DNA of 64,000 nt, taken from positions 27,404,001 through 27,468,000 of the forward strand of contig CM119371.1 in the NCBI GenBank assembly GCA_051294905.1, written 5' to 3'. Position 1 is the first letter of the stretch. Each line of letters begins with the position of its first letter. Positions 1 through 12,900 of this stretch are shown here, in pieces. Under the pieces are notes generated by a model that did no database searches, had not been told where the DNA came from, and was given only the letters and a program-made list of their open reading frames with translations. Both the position numbers and the translations under genes were made by a program. This DNA comes from Botryllus schlosseri. Taxonomy: Eukaryota.

Positions 1-441
1 ACAGAGAACAAGGCGTCGTTCTGTACTGCCATGCCCAATTTGATCAGTTTTGGAATTGAATCAAATTGTGTTGATATAGGGTAGCTTAACTGAGGGCGAA
101 ACCGAGCAACCTATATTGCATCGAAGTCTGTCTTACGCAGTGCAGTTCGCCAGCTATTAACAACAGCTATCCAGCGCAAAGAGCTTTAGGCTGCTGCCAA
201 AGCTATGAAGTAATGAATGACTTACACGTGGGAATTCCTCTAAATCTTCAAATAATATCACAAATTTGCTTAAATGAAGTTGAGCGCGACTGCTGGAGTT
301 TGAATTTGGCGAGCTTTCTTGAATACGAAATAAGTTTCATCTTCAACAATCGTCTTCTGAAAATGGTTGTGAAACACATGTTTAGTCAGAATTCATACAG
401 ACTTTGTCAATTTCTCGCGTTCCCCAAGTTGAGAACCACTG
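1..441. mobile_element. Right end of a non-autonomous hAT element (truncated by the window edge)
   Basis: Ends in GTTGAGAACCACTG; body homologous to 27155-27600. Confidence 0.7.
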
Positions 442-1764
442 ATCTTATGTATTGAAGCAAAAGATTCCTCATTATAGGTGGCATGTGTACCAAACAAATC
501 TAGCAGTGGATGGAAACATGTCTATGCTATGGCTCAAAATGACATAAACATACCAACAGTTTCAACTACTCCGCGGCAGAGTATGTGGTGTCACAGGTCA
601 GTATATAGGTCGACTAACATCCCAAAATAGAACAGAGAATGCGGCGAATGAAATATTTCAATCATGAAATCAAAGTCATCCCGGTGGTGTGCACAGTCGT
701 AGATATTCAAGGTAACGAATACTATGTATAGTACTGTACCTTTTACGATGCGTATCCCAATCAGCATTCCTAGGAATCTTCAACGATCGTGTCCACTTTC
801 TTCAAGCACAAGCTTCGCTCCACCCTTTGCTCAAATCTCTGTAATGGCCAGACGACGATACGCCACTCTAACGATTTCAAAATAAGTGGTATTCATCCGC
901 TGACATGCCACCAATAATATTTACTGGCCAATGCGTTATAATGTTTGATTTAGGTCGTTTTTTTTACAGAAACATTTATCATTACATCCAGTCCCTTTCT
1001 TTCCCATCTAATTGCGTATAAATTGATATTTATTCCATGTGATGTCACTACTTACCGTACTGACGTAACCAGACGCTGCTTGTGATGTCACAGTGATGCA
1101 TTGGTTGTTTACTACGAATCTCAGAAAAATCAGTAACGCGTAACGGTAACCTAATGTAAGCTATTACAGGTCGCGGTCGCCTTGTTCGCCATTAACAACT
1201 GGTCATTGTGGTCAACTTAGCATGCGGCGCTGATATTTCTAGTTTCCCGAACAATATTATACATCCTAAACTGATATTCCAACTCATCAGTCCTATCCGT
1301 GACAACGAATGTAACCAGCGAGACCGGCCGATAGCCACAGCCTTATAATATAGTGGCTATATCTACGATTGCCAGTTGTTTCTTTTACCCTACTATGTAC
1401 TATACTGAAATTGGTACTAGGGCCAACAATTTCCTTATGACAGACCCCAGTCTCGCGAACGAGGTTGAATCAGGTCAAATCACCACGAGAATGATATCAG
1501 TAACATTCAGTTCCACGTATACATTGGCTGCAGAGATTTTCAAGCTAATCAATTTTTCCAATATCCTGGTAAACTTCAGAAACGAGTAGCCTAACTGTCT
1601 GTAATTTTGCGAAGAAATTCTGGTAACTTGACTTTAGAGCTAAATTGAGGTAATATTACATATCAAAATGTAAAATTTCAAGCTACGCACAGTTATTGGC
1701 AGCTACCGGTAATTCGTTGCAAAATTTACGGAGATTTCCCAGTAAATCTACCAGATTTTTTACA

Positions 1765-2030
1765 GTGTGCGACCACAAGACACAATAGCCGCTTGCCACC
1801 CCCGCCATAAGACAAAAGAGCCGCTTGCCATCCCGGGTTTCCCAGCCGCTTGCGACCCCCGCCATAAGAAATAAGAGCCGCTTGCCACCCCCGCCATAAG
1901 ACGCAATAGCCGCTCGCCACCCCCGCCATAAGACAAAAAAGCCGCTTGCCACCCCGGGTTTCCCAGCCGCTTGCGACCCCCGCCATAAGACATAATAGCC
2001 GCATGCCACCCCCGCCATAAGAATAACGAT
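1765..2030 (+). repeat. GC-rich minisatellite with higher-order structure (32-33 and about 57 bp units; core GCCGCTTGCCACCCCCGCCATAAGA)
   Basis: Directly visible tandem units; accounts for the spurious ORFs 1683-2106. Confidence 0.95.
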
Positions 2031-2174
2031 ATATCATTGTCGTACTCACCGTAAACGTTGGGATTAACTCGAATCGGTCATATTTAATAATTTGTAATAC
2101 ACACATTAACTAAGAATCAATCACGTGACTATTTACTATTCCTGATACTTCTTCAACATCGGTCGAGAGAGTTG

Positions 2175-2465
2175 ACTATACCCGAAACGGCGATTCACGG
2201 CCGCACCCATAAGAACACATGGCGAGTCACCACAGATACCGTAAGAATACATGACAGGCGAATCACCGCCACCGCCTATAGCAAAAAAGGCGAATCACGA
2301 CCCCGAGTTTTCACGGCGAATCACCGACGCAGCCTATACCCGAAATGGCGAATCACGGCCGCACCCATAAGAACACATGGCGACTCATCGCCGAGAGAGG
2401 GGTCAAAAAAGGCGAGTCACCACCCCCGGTTTTCAGGCGAGTCACCACCCCGCCCATAAGAACCA
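2175..2465 (+). repeat. Second degenerate array (core GGCGA[A/G]TCACC...CCCATAAGA) with an approximately 159-bp internal direct repeat
   Basis: tatacccgaaa(c/t)ggcga(t/a)tcacggccgcacccataagaacacatggcga occurs near 2177 and 2335. Confidence 0.85.
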
Positions 2466-2519
2466 ATGGCGTCATGCGACCGATCTACATAACTACTGAC
2501 CTATGACACATATACCCTA

Positions 2520-3170
2520 AAAAACTCAGATGTGACAACTTTTCTTGCTCAATATTATAATCTAAGCTACAGCAAGCGAAAGAAGAATTTTCGGTCGCAA
2601 CCGTCAAAAAATAGATTAAATATTGACTCAAATGTTGTCATAAAATCACGTTTCGATTTAGGCTCGGACTTATAAATTTGAGGGTACATACATATTGCCC
2701 AAAAATCGACAATGTGACTTCCAAAGACCTCGTTATAGCGATAAAACATCATATTCAATTATTACATAAAGATTTTCTGTACGTAGTCAAGTTTCATTTG
2801 TTTCATGATTAGTATGCTTGATTATTTTGCTTGATTTGGGTGTTGTATCCTCCCTACTAATTTTGTACATGAATCGAAAAAATTCCACTCAAGGAAAGAA
2901 CTGAAAAAAATAATAGGTTCCATTATATAGCCTGATACAAGCCCTAGACTTCACAATAAAAATGATTGTTGGTTTGTTCGTGTTGAAGGTTACAAAGGAA
3001 AATGTATATGTCGATCTAAATTTAGTTTACACACCCCAAAACAAAAAACATCTGTGAGAGACCCCATAGTTTGCGCACGTCGAATTTTTTTGTATGTGAG
3101 GAAAGATGTTGCCAGCATGCAATTGTAGAAAAGTTCACGGAGTGTAATCATGGAATTATCATAGAGAATT
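2520..3170 (+). repeat. Dispersed repeat of unknown class; reverse-complement copies near 54450-55100 and 63783-64000
   Basis: Collinear similarity read by eye (roughly 75%). Confidence 0.75.
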
Positions 3171-4389
3171 TTCAAAGTATTTTCGGTCCCAGTGATCCAT
3201 CGGAACCACATCTCCCCTACGCCCGGATCCGTACGATTATAGCACCTCAAACCTTCATAAATTCTTCTGGGGGAGCTCCGGTTCAGCGTTATTTAGTGAA
3301 GCAGCAAGAAATTTATTGTTTCATGTTTTTTTTACCAACATCTGAGTAGGTACAGCAAGTAGCCTAGTTCGTTAGCGTACGATATGCGATGGTATACCTG
3401 CTGTATCAATGATTGTTTCCCGTGAGTCAAGTGATTCTACGATTAGTTCTATGTATATGTGTCAGTTCTATGCATACGTGTCATTTGCTACTCTGGTACT
3501 GCAACTACTGTATCTCATCACATCTATAACTCGTAAGATATCTTCCTACAAACTACGGAAACCGACTACACCCAAGCCTCCGGTGATCAAATATGCATTC
3601 AATTTTATTCGATCTAAGGAAACTGTATGAAATACTATTAGTTTCATAATAAAATTGCAACAGGCACATATAAACTTTCATTGCACTGCACTTTTTCACT
3701 CCGTAATCGAATATAATAACGTAAAAATGGATATTGATATCGCGAAACAAGATAATAAAACTGACGTCCAGATATCGAACGCGTCAGTGTCTTCCTCCAG
3801 GACGGAATAAAATAGAATTGTTATGCTGCAAATGACGATAGCACAGGAGATCATCCAGACTGACGTCTTCTCGTTGAAATCTGAAAAGTATGTTTGAAAA
3901 CCTTAGTTCTGAGTAGTTATGCGTTTATCGCCACGATGCGCCCTGTAAATTTGACAAGTAGTTCTGATTAACTGATAAAATCATGCGAAATGTACTTTTC
4001 GAAGCTATTTCACTCCAGTGGTTTTTAGACCTTCCTATTTCCATTTCAACTTCAGGTAGGTCTTGGAAATGGCTAATGATCAGTGATTCCCTACCGCGTC
4101 TCGCACAGTTGCATTTGGCACCAAGCTATAGACTTCTTGCGGCTCTGAATGACTTCGGAATATGCCACAAAAATATATCAAACAGTTGTTATTTGTTTCT
4201 ATGAATAGTTGTAGTAAATTTCTGTATATGAATGTCAAAATAGGGGATATTTTTATGTTTAATTACGCTCAAGGCCGTATCATAAACGGAGGAAGAGCTT
4301 ATTTGTAGACTAGCGTCAAACGCATGTCTCATAGGCAAGTGCAAATTGCAATATTGCAAATAGACTCAGCGCATTATCCCCCTCAAACT

Positions 4390-5570
4390 TGTCCATTCAG
4401 CAAGTTGCGCAAGTGTTCTTTTTCACAATTTTTTCTTGCAGTATATGGAAAAGAATCACCAGGTATGGTCAGCAATGAAGTACTTCTACTATATTATTCT
4501 TGAGCACTCCATTCGCATACTTGCATTACGTATTCAAGTGGCTATGTCTATAGCCTGCTTCCTATCCTACCTACTCGGCATTGTTTGTTCGGCAAAATTA
4601 TATACTTGTTACACTTCTGATAAACTAAAGGACATAATAATTTACTGGATATGTTTTCACAGCTAATAGGGGTAAAATTGTCTAACATCGGGTGAAAGAG
4701 CCCCTGAATGACTGTAATCGAATATGTATTCTCGAACTTCGAGCCATGTCTGTAGTGAAATCAGTTCCTTTGCACTAAAGTAGTCACCTGCGATTAACCG
4801 CTAACGGTAGGCGATCGGTTGCTCGCTGAATTAGTTTTGACGTATGTTAGGAACCATTACTTCCACTTGTCCTCAATTGGATATTTACGGCGTATCATCA
4901 ATTTCTACTCGAAAACAACGACTACTATTTCACCATCTTGACACATGGTGACGGGCTATATCGCATGCTCCGTGAATTATAGAATGACACTTCCACAACA
5001 TTGCCCTACACATCTCGCTGTACGCGCACCGCGATCATAGAGAACGCGGAAAATTTCAGAGTGATCTTAATTGCCAAGTGCAGTAGCTTTTAAAACGGTC
5101 CAGGTCCTCCCCATACCTTCTCTCTCCTCCGGTCGCCTATACGAACCGAATTCTATCCCTGTTGGTGACAAACGTGTGGTCGTCCGCAATGGTATCATTT
5201 CATCCTCTGCCAAAATACATACTTATATCAATATTGTTTTATCAGAATATATCCGGACGACGTCGAATGTAGCCATACCGACGATTTGTTTACTCCAACT
5301 GTTGGTGCGTAAAATCGAGCACTATGAAGTGATACGTGATAACTCAAGAAATGCATTGCAATATTAAGTATCTTCATTTTATGCGACCGCAATGAAAAGA
5401 TCAGTTAAACTTTATCAAAGAATATTTTTCAATTCTTCATCACTTTATACTAGGACATTACGGGTTTTTATGACAGCGGTGTGGTTCGATAAGTACTTCC
5501 CATAAATATCATTTTCGTGAATATACCTACTTCATATCTATGCGCGACATAATATTTGGGTACTGTAATG
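4390..5570 (-). mobile_element. Highly decayed LINE reverse-transcriptase remnant (also 43850-47277, interrupted, and 57635-58827)
   Basis: Minus-strand frame reads ...IVLDF...IADDHTF...EDLDRFKSYCTWQL (xADD and DL..L..WC..WQL-like). Copies 2 and 3 end in a (CAT)n-like tail. Many stops; at least one TGA is CGA in another copy. Confidence 0.5.
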
Positions 5571-5579
5571 CTGATATGG

Positions 5580-5986
5580 TAGGGCCACCATATTTTGGAA
5601 TCGGGAAAGGAGGAAATTTTTACCAAATCACAAAAGTTAGTTCATCAAATCTGAAAAGAGCGGCTCTTGTACAGTTAAGTAAAAAAAGGTCATCCATTTC
5701 GCGCGGCTCCATTTTACGCACTTTTTTCCTCAAAATTGGAGATGTTGACTAAAAGATAGTCGTCACTTCCGTTCAAACCACGAATTTCCCGTTTGAACTG
5801 CAATATTAGCTATTGCCCGTCATTTATGTCGATTTTCAATCGAACCTGTTCATTATCTTAGCTGTAAAATCTGTAACGGAGGACGACTCGCCAAAAAGAA
5901 GGAGATTGAAGGCGTCCTCGCAGGACATTTTGAAATAACTAAAAAGAAGGACAAATTATCATAAAGGAGGACGTAGGGTAACCCTA
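5580..5986. mobile_element. Non-autonomous hAT-like MITE with TAGGG termini
   Basis: TAGGGCCACC...GGTAACCCTA; perfect 8-bp TSD TGATATGG (5572-5579, 5987-5994); subterminal AGGAC repeats. Confidence 0.85.
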
Positions 5987-6082
5987 TGATATGGAAGGGT
6001 GCGAAGCTTCATTTATATTGAAAATAATGCATCGAAACATTCATTATAAGTGATACATGTGTCTTTTTCGTACCATGTACAT

Positions 6083-7910
6083 CAGTGGTTCTTAACCTTT
6101 TCCCCCCAGCGCCCCCTTTAAAAAATTATCGTGCTCCAGCGCCCCCAACCTCATATTGTAAGGAATGTAATACAGACAATGAGTCAGAGGGAGGGCCGTA
6201 ACAGCACTTTGTCAACCTCCTAGCAACGATTACCTTGCGTACCCATAGCGTTGATATACCAAACTTCTGAGGGCTTCGCCCCCAAGAACCCCGTAGCGTG
6301 ATTTCGATGGTCAGCAAAGTTTGTGTGGCCTGGTCGCCCAAGGTACCAAAATTTTCTATAATGCATGAATGAATAGGTGGTAGTTACATATATAAGTCGC
6401 TAAAAACTTTTTATCCTCTCAGCCCACGAAATCAGAATTACCAGTAGCGCTGAGTGAGCTGTTGTATGGGTAAATAAAGGGCACGTAATTGATAATAATT
6501 AAATTCGGGCGTGCCCGTAGGTACAATTAATTCGTTACCAGGGACGTAACAGCACTTCGTCAGCCCCCCCTAAAAAAACCGTTGGTCTTGGGCCCCCCAT
6601 CGGGTGATAAACCAAACTTCCGGGGGGATTTGCCCGCCGGCACCCCCCTTCGGCTATCCGCTATTTGCTGATACTAGTCATCTACATCGGTGTCCATTTA
6701 CTGAGCCAGCTATTCTCATCTAGACGTGCGAAGCGTGAAAAGTTTCAATAATAAATGATTGAATTGGTCAATATAATCGGGAATTGCATGTATATTGATA
6801 TCAATTTTTATGCTCTCTCTGCTCACTTGAACAGATTTACCGGTAGAGCTGAGTGATGTGTGATTGAAAAGGCAGGACCACCAATAATAATTATACATCT
6901 TCGGGCGTATACCCGTTGGCAGGAACGAAACGGCACTTCGTCAGGCCTGCCGAAAAAACTTGGGTGTTGGGCTCCCATAGGGTGATAAACCGACCGCCTC
7001 CCCATCACGTTGTTCGCTTTTGCCACGAAATCAGCTGTACTGTTTAGCGAGCCAGTGCGAAGCGCGAAAACTTTCGATAATTCATGATAAAATCGGTCAG
7101 TAAGATAGGGAATTGCATATATATTGCTATCAATTTCTTGTACTCTCTGCTCACGTTACCAGATTTACCGGTAGAGCTGAGTGAGGTGGAATTGAAATCT
7201 ACGTTGCGCACAACAAAACCGCAGTTACGACCTTTTTTTAGTCGTTACGCACTGTTGTCCAAGGGTCTGCGCAGCGAGTTGTTTGAGTGTGCGCAGACTC
7301 TTGTTGAGTGTGCGCAGACTCTTGTTGAGTGTGCGCAGACTCATCAAAATGTGGAGCGAACATTCTGTGGTGTCTTGAAAACTGTAGGTTCCGTAACTAA
7401 AAATTAAACATATTCGGGCGGGCGAACCTGCTGGTATGACGTCGTTGCATAATGTTATTTCGTGACCTCCTGTCTGCTATATCAAAAAATATAGAATCGC
7501 TCAACAGGGATGTCGCCCAACAGGAATCTTTAGATATTCCTGTCGCCCAATCAAGACGCACACGATTTCAAGTTGGTATTTCTTCACTGTCAAAAAATTT
7601 TTACCCGCCAAATGTAATTCGTCTTCTGGGGTTCAGATTGCCAAGACAGCAACATTCGGTGCCAGTCATTTAGGCGCCCATGGACAATTAAACCTATGTC
7701 TTTTGTAGGCTATATAAAACCAAGTTTTCGGTGTTAATTTGCTCTGAATACTCATTAAGGATATGTCCTACCACCACATCATCTACTGCGAAACCATTTT
7801 TCTCCAGTGCCCCCCATACCGCCCCCATGAGCCCAGCGCCCCCATATCGCCCCCTTCAATATCGCCAGCGCCCATTAGGGGGGCGCTGGAGGCAAGGTTA
7901 AGAACCACTG
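6083..7910. mobile_element. Non-autonomous hAT (Buster/Charlie-like) element X, 1828 bp
   Basis: 17-bp TIR CAGTGGTTCTTAACCTT; perfect TSD ATGTACAT. Internal approximately 340-bp direct repeats and a 21-bp x3 tandem (7280-7342). Confidence 0.92.
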
Positions 7911-7981
7911 ATGTACATAATAACGACGACCGAAATCGGCTCGAACTATTCGGCTTGGATCGGTACAAATAACAATATTGC

Positions 7982-9988
7982 CACTGGTCAACACATATTT
8001 TTAGGCCGGCAGAGTAAGAGTGGTTTTGGGGGTTCTGAAGGGCACTGATTCCGAATATGACCTTAAGTCTTTCAAATTGGCTCCATTTTTGGATATAATT
8101 CGGATAAAAATTTGGTTCAGTCGTACTATAAAGTTCGCAAATTCAATCTAATTGTTATTTTGACACGCTTAAGACGGTTTTAAATTAAAATACAACAACA
8201 TAATTATATTTTGGGGTATAAAATTTATCATAATTGGAGACTTTCACGGATATCATGTGCATAAATAAACTTCAATCATGTATATAAGTATTTACCCAAA
8301 TACTCAAAATAACTTTGCATTAATAGAATCAGTTTCATGTCAACCACCTATTTTGAATTTAAAATAACCAGTTGGAATATGGTATTGATGAACTATCTTG
8401 AAACAAAATTGGTTCTTGCACTATTTTTGGTTTTGAGCAATTCAGGGGAGTTTTTTTAAAGGTTCTAGCAATAGTGTGCTATAATATGTTCGTCGCATCT
8501 CCACTGATATCTTTGTCAAGTTGTTTTGATGTATTGGTGGAACCTATCCCCTTTCTATTCCCTCTAATCAACAATATTATCAGAAAATATATCAAGACGA
8601 CTGAATACGATGTAATGCTCATGCTCGATCCCAAGGTCTCCATATGGAGATACCAATTCTCGGAGCAACTGTTTGTAGTTGGGTTCTTTTTTATATTCCA
8701 AAAAAGTTTTAATTACTACATGCTAGAAAGAATGCAATGCAGTAAGCACCTTTCTTATGAAATCGTAATCCTTTGTCCGTATTCGAATCTAAGATCCATC
8801 GAAGATTCCAGATTCAATCGTCTCGTTTGAAGTGGATACTAGCTATACCCACTTTGTTAGCGTCACAGAAAATCATCATTTTACAGATGAAAAGAGATGA
8901 GACGCATACGAGTATTTTAAGTGAGCTTTCCAGGGACAAACTTGATAGTTTTATACTCCTCTTTCATCTTGGTAGGATGACCAATTGACACAGGAGAAAA
9001 AGGTACAATTTTCAGGCTTGACAGACTGCCTTTTAACAAACAAAGTTCTCCCATCAGGTCATGTTAATATTGATTGAATAACTGAGAACGACACGAGTGC
9101 TCATCACAGTCAATTATCCACTTATGCGCAGTATAAAAGTGGAAAAATCTCAAAAATACTTTCTACCAAGTTATGGGTAAATACGGTGACTTTACCCTTT
9201 TAGGAGTATAAAGCTCTTCTTTTCTAAAACCAAGCTCGTAAAACTATAACTTGATATTCGTGATCAGCAACCTTGAAAACCCCAAAAACGTAAAGCTAGT
9301 CCATTAACTTCCAAAGCGTCAAAGTCGCGACGATTATGAAGGCGAGTCAATATAAGCCCAGTTCACGAGTGAATATGTTAAATGTACCACGTGGGTCACC
9401 AATTATATGATACCACGAGATATTTCTCACATCAAATACTTACCTCACAGGTACATTATAACTTTAACACAAATTTGTGACATTTTTAACGCATACTTTT
9501 ATAGTTTTGACTCGAGTCAAGAAGAGTAATTTCTAATTCACCACCTAGTCAAGTCCGAATCCAAATCAGCTAGTAGAGGGCTGAGTCAGAGTCATATTGT
9601 TTTGAATCGAATACCAGTCCAAGACATTATGTTCACTGATCGGATTTCAGTTCAATCCGGTTCAACCCACTTTTTTCAATCAGCTCTAGTGATATATATA
9701 ATGGCTTCATAATATAGCATTTATACTCGTTTGTAACAGTTTCGGTCCCTATTGTACAAGTATCAGGACTGAGAGGCGATGTACCAATAATGTTGTATAC
9801 TATTCTTGAAAGGTACATTGAAATGTACGTCTTGGCCGTCCTAGTATCGAGTCATATAACTTGGTTCGAGTCCTGCACAATGACTCGTGTACAGGTAGAG
9901 TCAATAAAAAAAATTGACTCGAGTCGAGTCAAATCATTCAACACATTTTAAAAAATGACCCGAGTCAATACAACCGTGCATACCAGTG
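7982..9988 (-). mobile_element. Internally deleted Chapaev3-like (CMC superfamily) DNA transposon with a transposase C-terminal remnant
   Basis: CACTGGT...ACCAGTG termini. Minus strand reads GIFDGS*IR...SF..V...FL....PNYK.L...Y..LG, then (G)ERFHQYIK...RYQ....IADYCWNL (clearest in copy 2), which matches remembered Chapaev3-type motifs. Confidence 0.7.
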
Positions 9989-12900
9989 TTCAGCGCGACT
10001 ACCGAGTCTTAGTGCATCTGACCGAGATTCTCCTCAGCATTGATCCACCTCCGCCTTGGTAGGTCATCAGAGAGCGAAACTTCGGATGGGTGACGCGACA
10101 GTCGAAGAGTGTTACTTTCACCAGCTGAATCAGATCGTACGTTGACGTTAAATGTTTGACAATAGCAATATATACTAGCTTTCAACAAATACTGGATTTT
10201 CAGCTTATTTAAGCGTGGCGAAGTTCAGTAGTGTAAAGCTGCGAAACATTTTTATAGGGATGGTGTGAACGTGAGGTTCATGTTCGCATTCTGTGTGTGA
10301 ACCTGTGAAACTGACGAGGTTCACAAACGAACCTTGGTATGTGAAGTTTTATTGTGTATTACAATTTTACACGTCATTATACCTTCTTTGGGTTGAAATT
10401 ATTTACATTTTAACTTGCATTTTAACTGCGCATGAGGCTGGTAGCATGGAATGAAATTCATCACGAAACGAGCATGTACCGTGCCAATTTCAAAACTTAT
10501 TTGCTCGAAACTTTGCTCGTAATATTCAGCTTTTCGTTTGTTAGTCTTCGGTGACTTTTTGTGAACTTTGCCCGTTTGTTTGTTTGTTTTGGGGTATTCA
10601 TGGTGTTTGTCGACTACTGTGGTCGTTTACACCAGGCCGATATTCTTCTTATTTTCCGTAGCTGCCGACTTATAGCACGGCCCACCTCTAGGCTTTTGTA
10701 AGACACCGCTGACCCATACGCAGTGTCATTATTGCGGTACATTCTTTTGCATTCAACTGCCTCTACAATAGAAGGAGCTTATTCTGTATCGGGACTACGC
10801 CCACGCCTGTCGTTAGCAGCGTCAGGAGCACGAGGCCGAGTTTGTCGAGGGGCGCCACAGCTTCGTACACCCCAGACCATATGCCGATTGTGGAAACGCC
10901 ATATGAAAATGAGCTGGATGACGAGCCGGAAGACGAGAATAATTTTGAAGAGAACGTTTCTCGCGATGTTGCAAGAGCCGAGCTTGAAGAAGAAGTTAAA
11001 AAAACTGGACGTATCGTAATCCCGGTGTTTATTTCGTTCATTTCTTACACGCTATCATTTACAGTGTTTTGTCAATAAATATCTACGAGTTTCAGTTGAA
11101 GTAGGAGCCTCATCGATACAATTTAGATTCCTCTCGGGATTCAAATTTCTTTATCAATCATACCAGAAAATATTGGAAAACCGTACTGCTATGCCGATAA
11201 CTGACAACAAGGAGGTTCATGCCATCGACAAAAAGTTTGCAACCAATTCACAAAATTTGACTTTTTTAGTTTTGACTCGGGTCAAGTCTTGTCATACCTA
11301 ACTCAAGTCACGGATCAACAGGTCGAGTCCAAGTCACTATGTGAAGCTATAGATAACTAACCTACTGTTATCTATAGTGAAACTCTTGGTGAAATCGAAG
11401 GCATCCACACTTGATGAAAAGTAAAGCAGATAATATAAAAGGCAAGCGACAAAATTAGGTGGCATGTGGTGGAAGGCGAGATCGATATGTTAGGTGGTGG
11501 TCCGGTAATCATAAAGGCTGACTAGTATTCATTTATAAGAAATTGCTTGTATTTTTCATGTCGGATGGCCGGCCAGATGCTGTTCCGCAATTGGGGTCCG
11601 GCATGCTTGATACAGCAATGCGTTCTCTTGCATCTTCAGCTGTCAACCATAACCACTTCACCAATGAAAATAAATTGGTGCATTCACTGTTTTTATTTTT
11701 GCGTTGCCGATCCTTACTTGAGAGTTCTTGACAATATTTCACTTGTTGCGAGGGCCTGATGGGTGTGCGATAACATTTTCGAAATGTCACCCTGTTGAAG
11801 CAGTATCAAAGACATCCAGATAAGTCACAGAACCTGAAATTAAGACACAAGGGGAGCTCTTGGATAAAACCAAACCAATGCCGTACCCGCCAAATGATAA
11901 CTCACAACACTAGCTAAATCTTCATCTCTGTTTCTTGCAGAAACACCTTACACTACCATCCGTTTTCAAAATACAACCTACAATCACAGCAACGATGGTT
12001 AACTAGGCAGCAGCAAGGATTTTCCTACTAATACGACACTACTGGTATGAGTTCTGAGGCTGACAGCTCTTGATGATATATTAGGCTCCAGACATCACCA
12101 CCCCCTTTCAAACACTTTCTATACTTAACATCGCTGTCAACGTCTTTCCAATACGCAATATTGCAAATGAGTTCGTAATCTATAACGGTAGCAGATCATA
12201 TTTCATATGCATCGAACATAAGAAACCTGCAATAGACATCACGCAAATAGCAGAACGTAGCGATGTACTTGGAAGTAAAAACTGTACACTTGAATATTAC
12301 GCCAGCCAAAACAGAGCAATTGGTCGCCAACTCGCGGGCAGACGAGTCTGTTCCTATGCTTACAACGCCTCACAAATTTGGCACATTTCAGAAATTCAAT
12401 CGATCACTTCATAACGACACAATTCAGTAGATGCGAGTACGCAAAATTCACATTACAACGAAAAAGTCCGATCCCAATATCACACCGATTCAAATAGCAA
12501 ACAGGATTCATGATTATGATACTGTAGTTACTAAGCTTACACAATGAAACATAATGTGTCTACTCCGGCATAGCAAATGCTACATAGTAGATCCAAGGGG
12601 GAATGCTCCATTTTTTCCATAGCAACTATAAGGGCAAGACAGAATGCAAAATGGCTTGCAATACAAAGAGGCATTGCTCTACAGATATCAGCACTGATAT
12701 TCCGACATGAAGGCCGACAGGCACAAAAACGCCCACAAACAATTTCACCAGATTATTAACCCTGTATTAACGACTAGTTCACAAATAAGGTACTACAGAG
12801 CAAGTTGATGATAATGTAAATTGCCAAAAACACGGCACGCAGGGTAATGTGCAGTTCTTGGCTGTGATTGCCGCAGTCTGCACTGATTTTGAATCATGAG

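Larger units (their letters stand above)
3222..10795 (+). repeat. Segmental duplication, copy 1
   Basis: Collinear with 41100-42470 plus 43870-52750, and with 57650-62775; shares nested TE insertions and their flanks. Confidence 0.92.

Noticed and set aside
1683-2459. Repetitive ORFs and a CRISPR-like repeat appearance
   Set aside because: Tandem minisatellite units without unique spacers, in a eukaryotic context with no cas genes; the ORFs are by-products of GC-rich repeats.
5071-5367. Plus-strand ORF (MPSAVAFKTVQV...) recurring at 46774 and 58346, which looks like a three-member gene family
   Set aside because: Starts at TTG, substitutions among the copies look neutral, and it is the in-register antisense of a decayed LINE RT frame inside a segmental duplication.
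4270-5560. Idea that the many TAA/TAG stops reflect an alternative (ciliate-type) genetic code or an endogenous virus
   Set aside because: Stop frequency is near random expectation, stop codon identity differs between copies, and RT-like motifs explain the region better.
7280-7342. 21-bp x3 repeat (VECAQTL repeats in ORF 7084-7407)
   Set aside because: Simple tandem slippage inside a non-coding hAT element.
11533-11790. Overlapping short ORFs on three frames as an additional exon or gene
   Set aside because: No splice signals or motifs I can support; may fall in or near the PKN 3' UTR (AATAAA on the minus strand near 11692).
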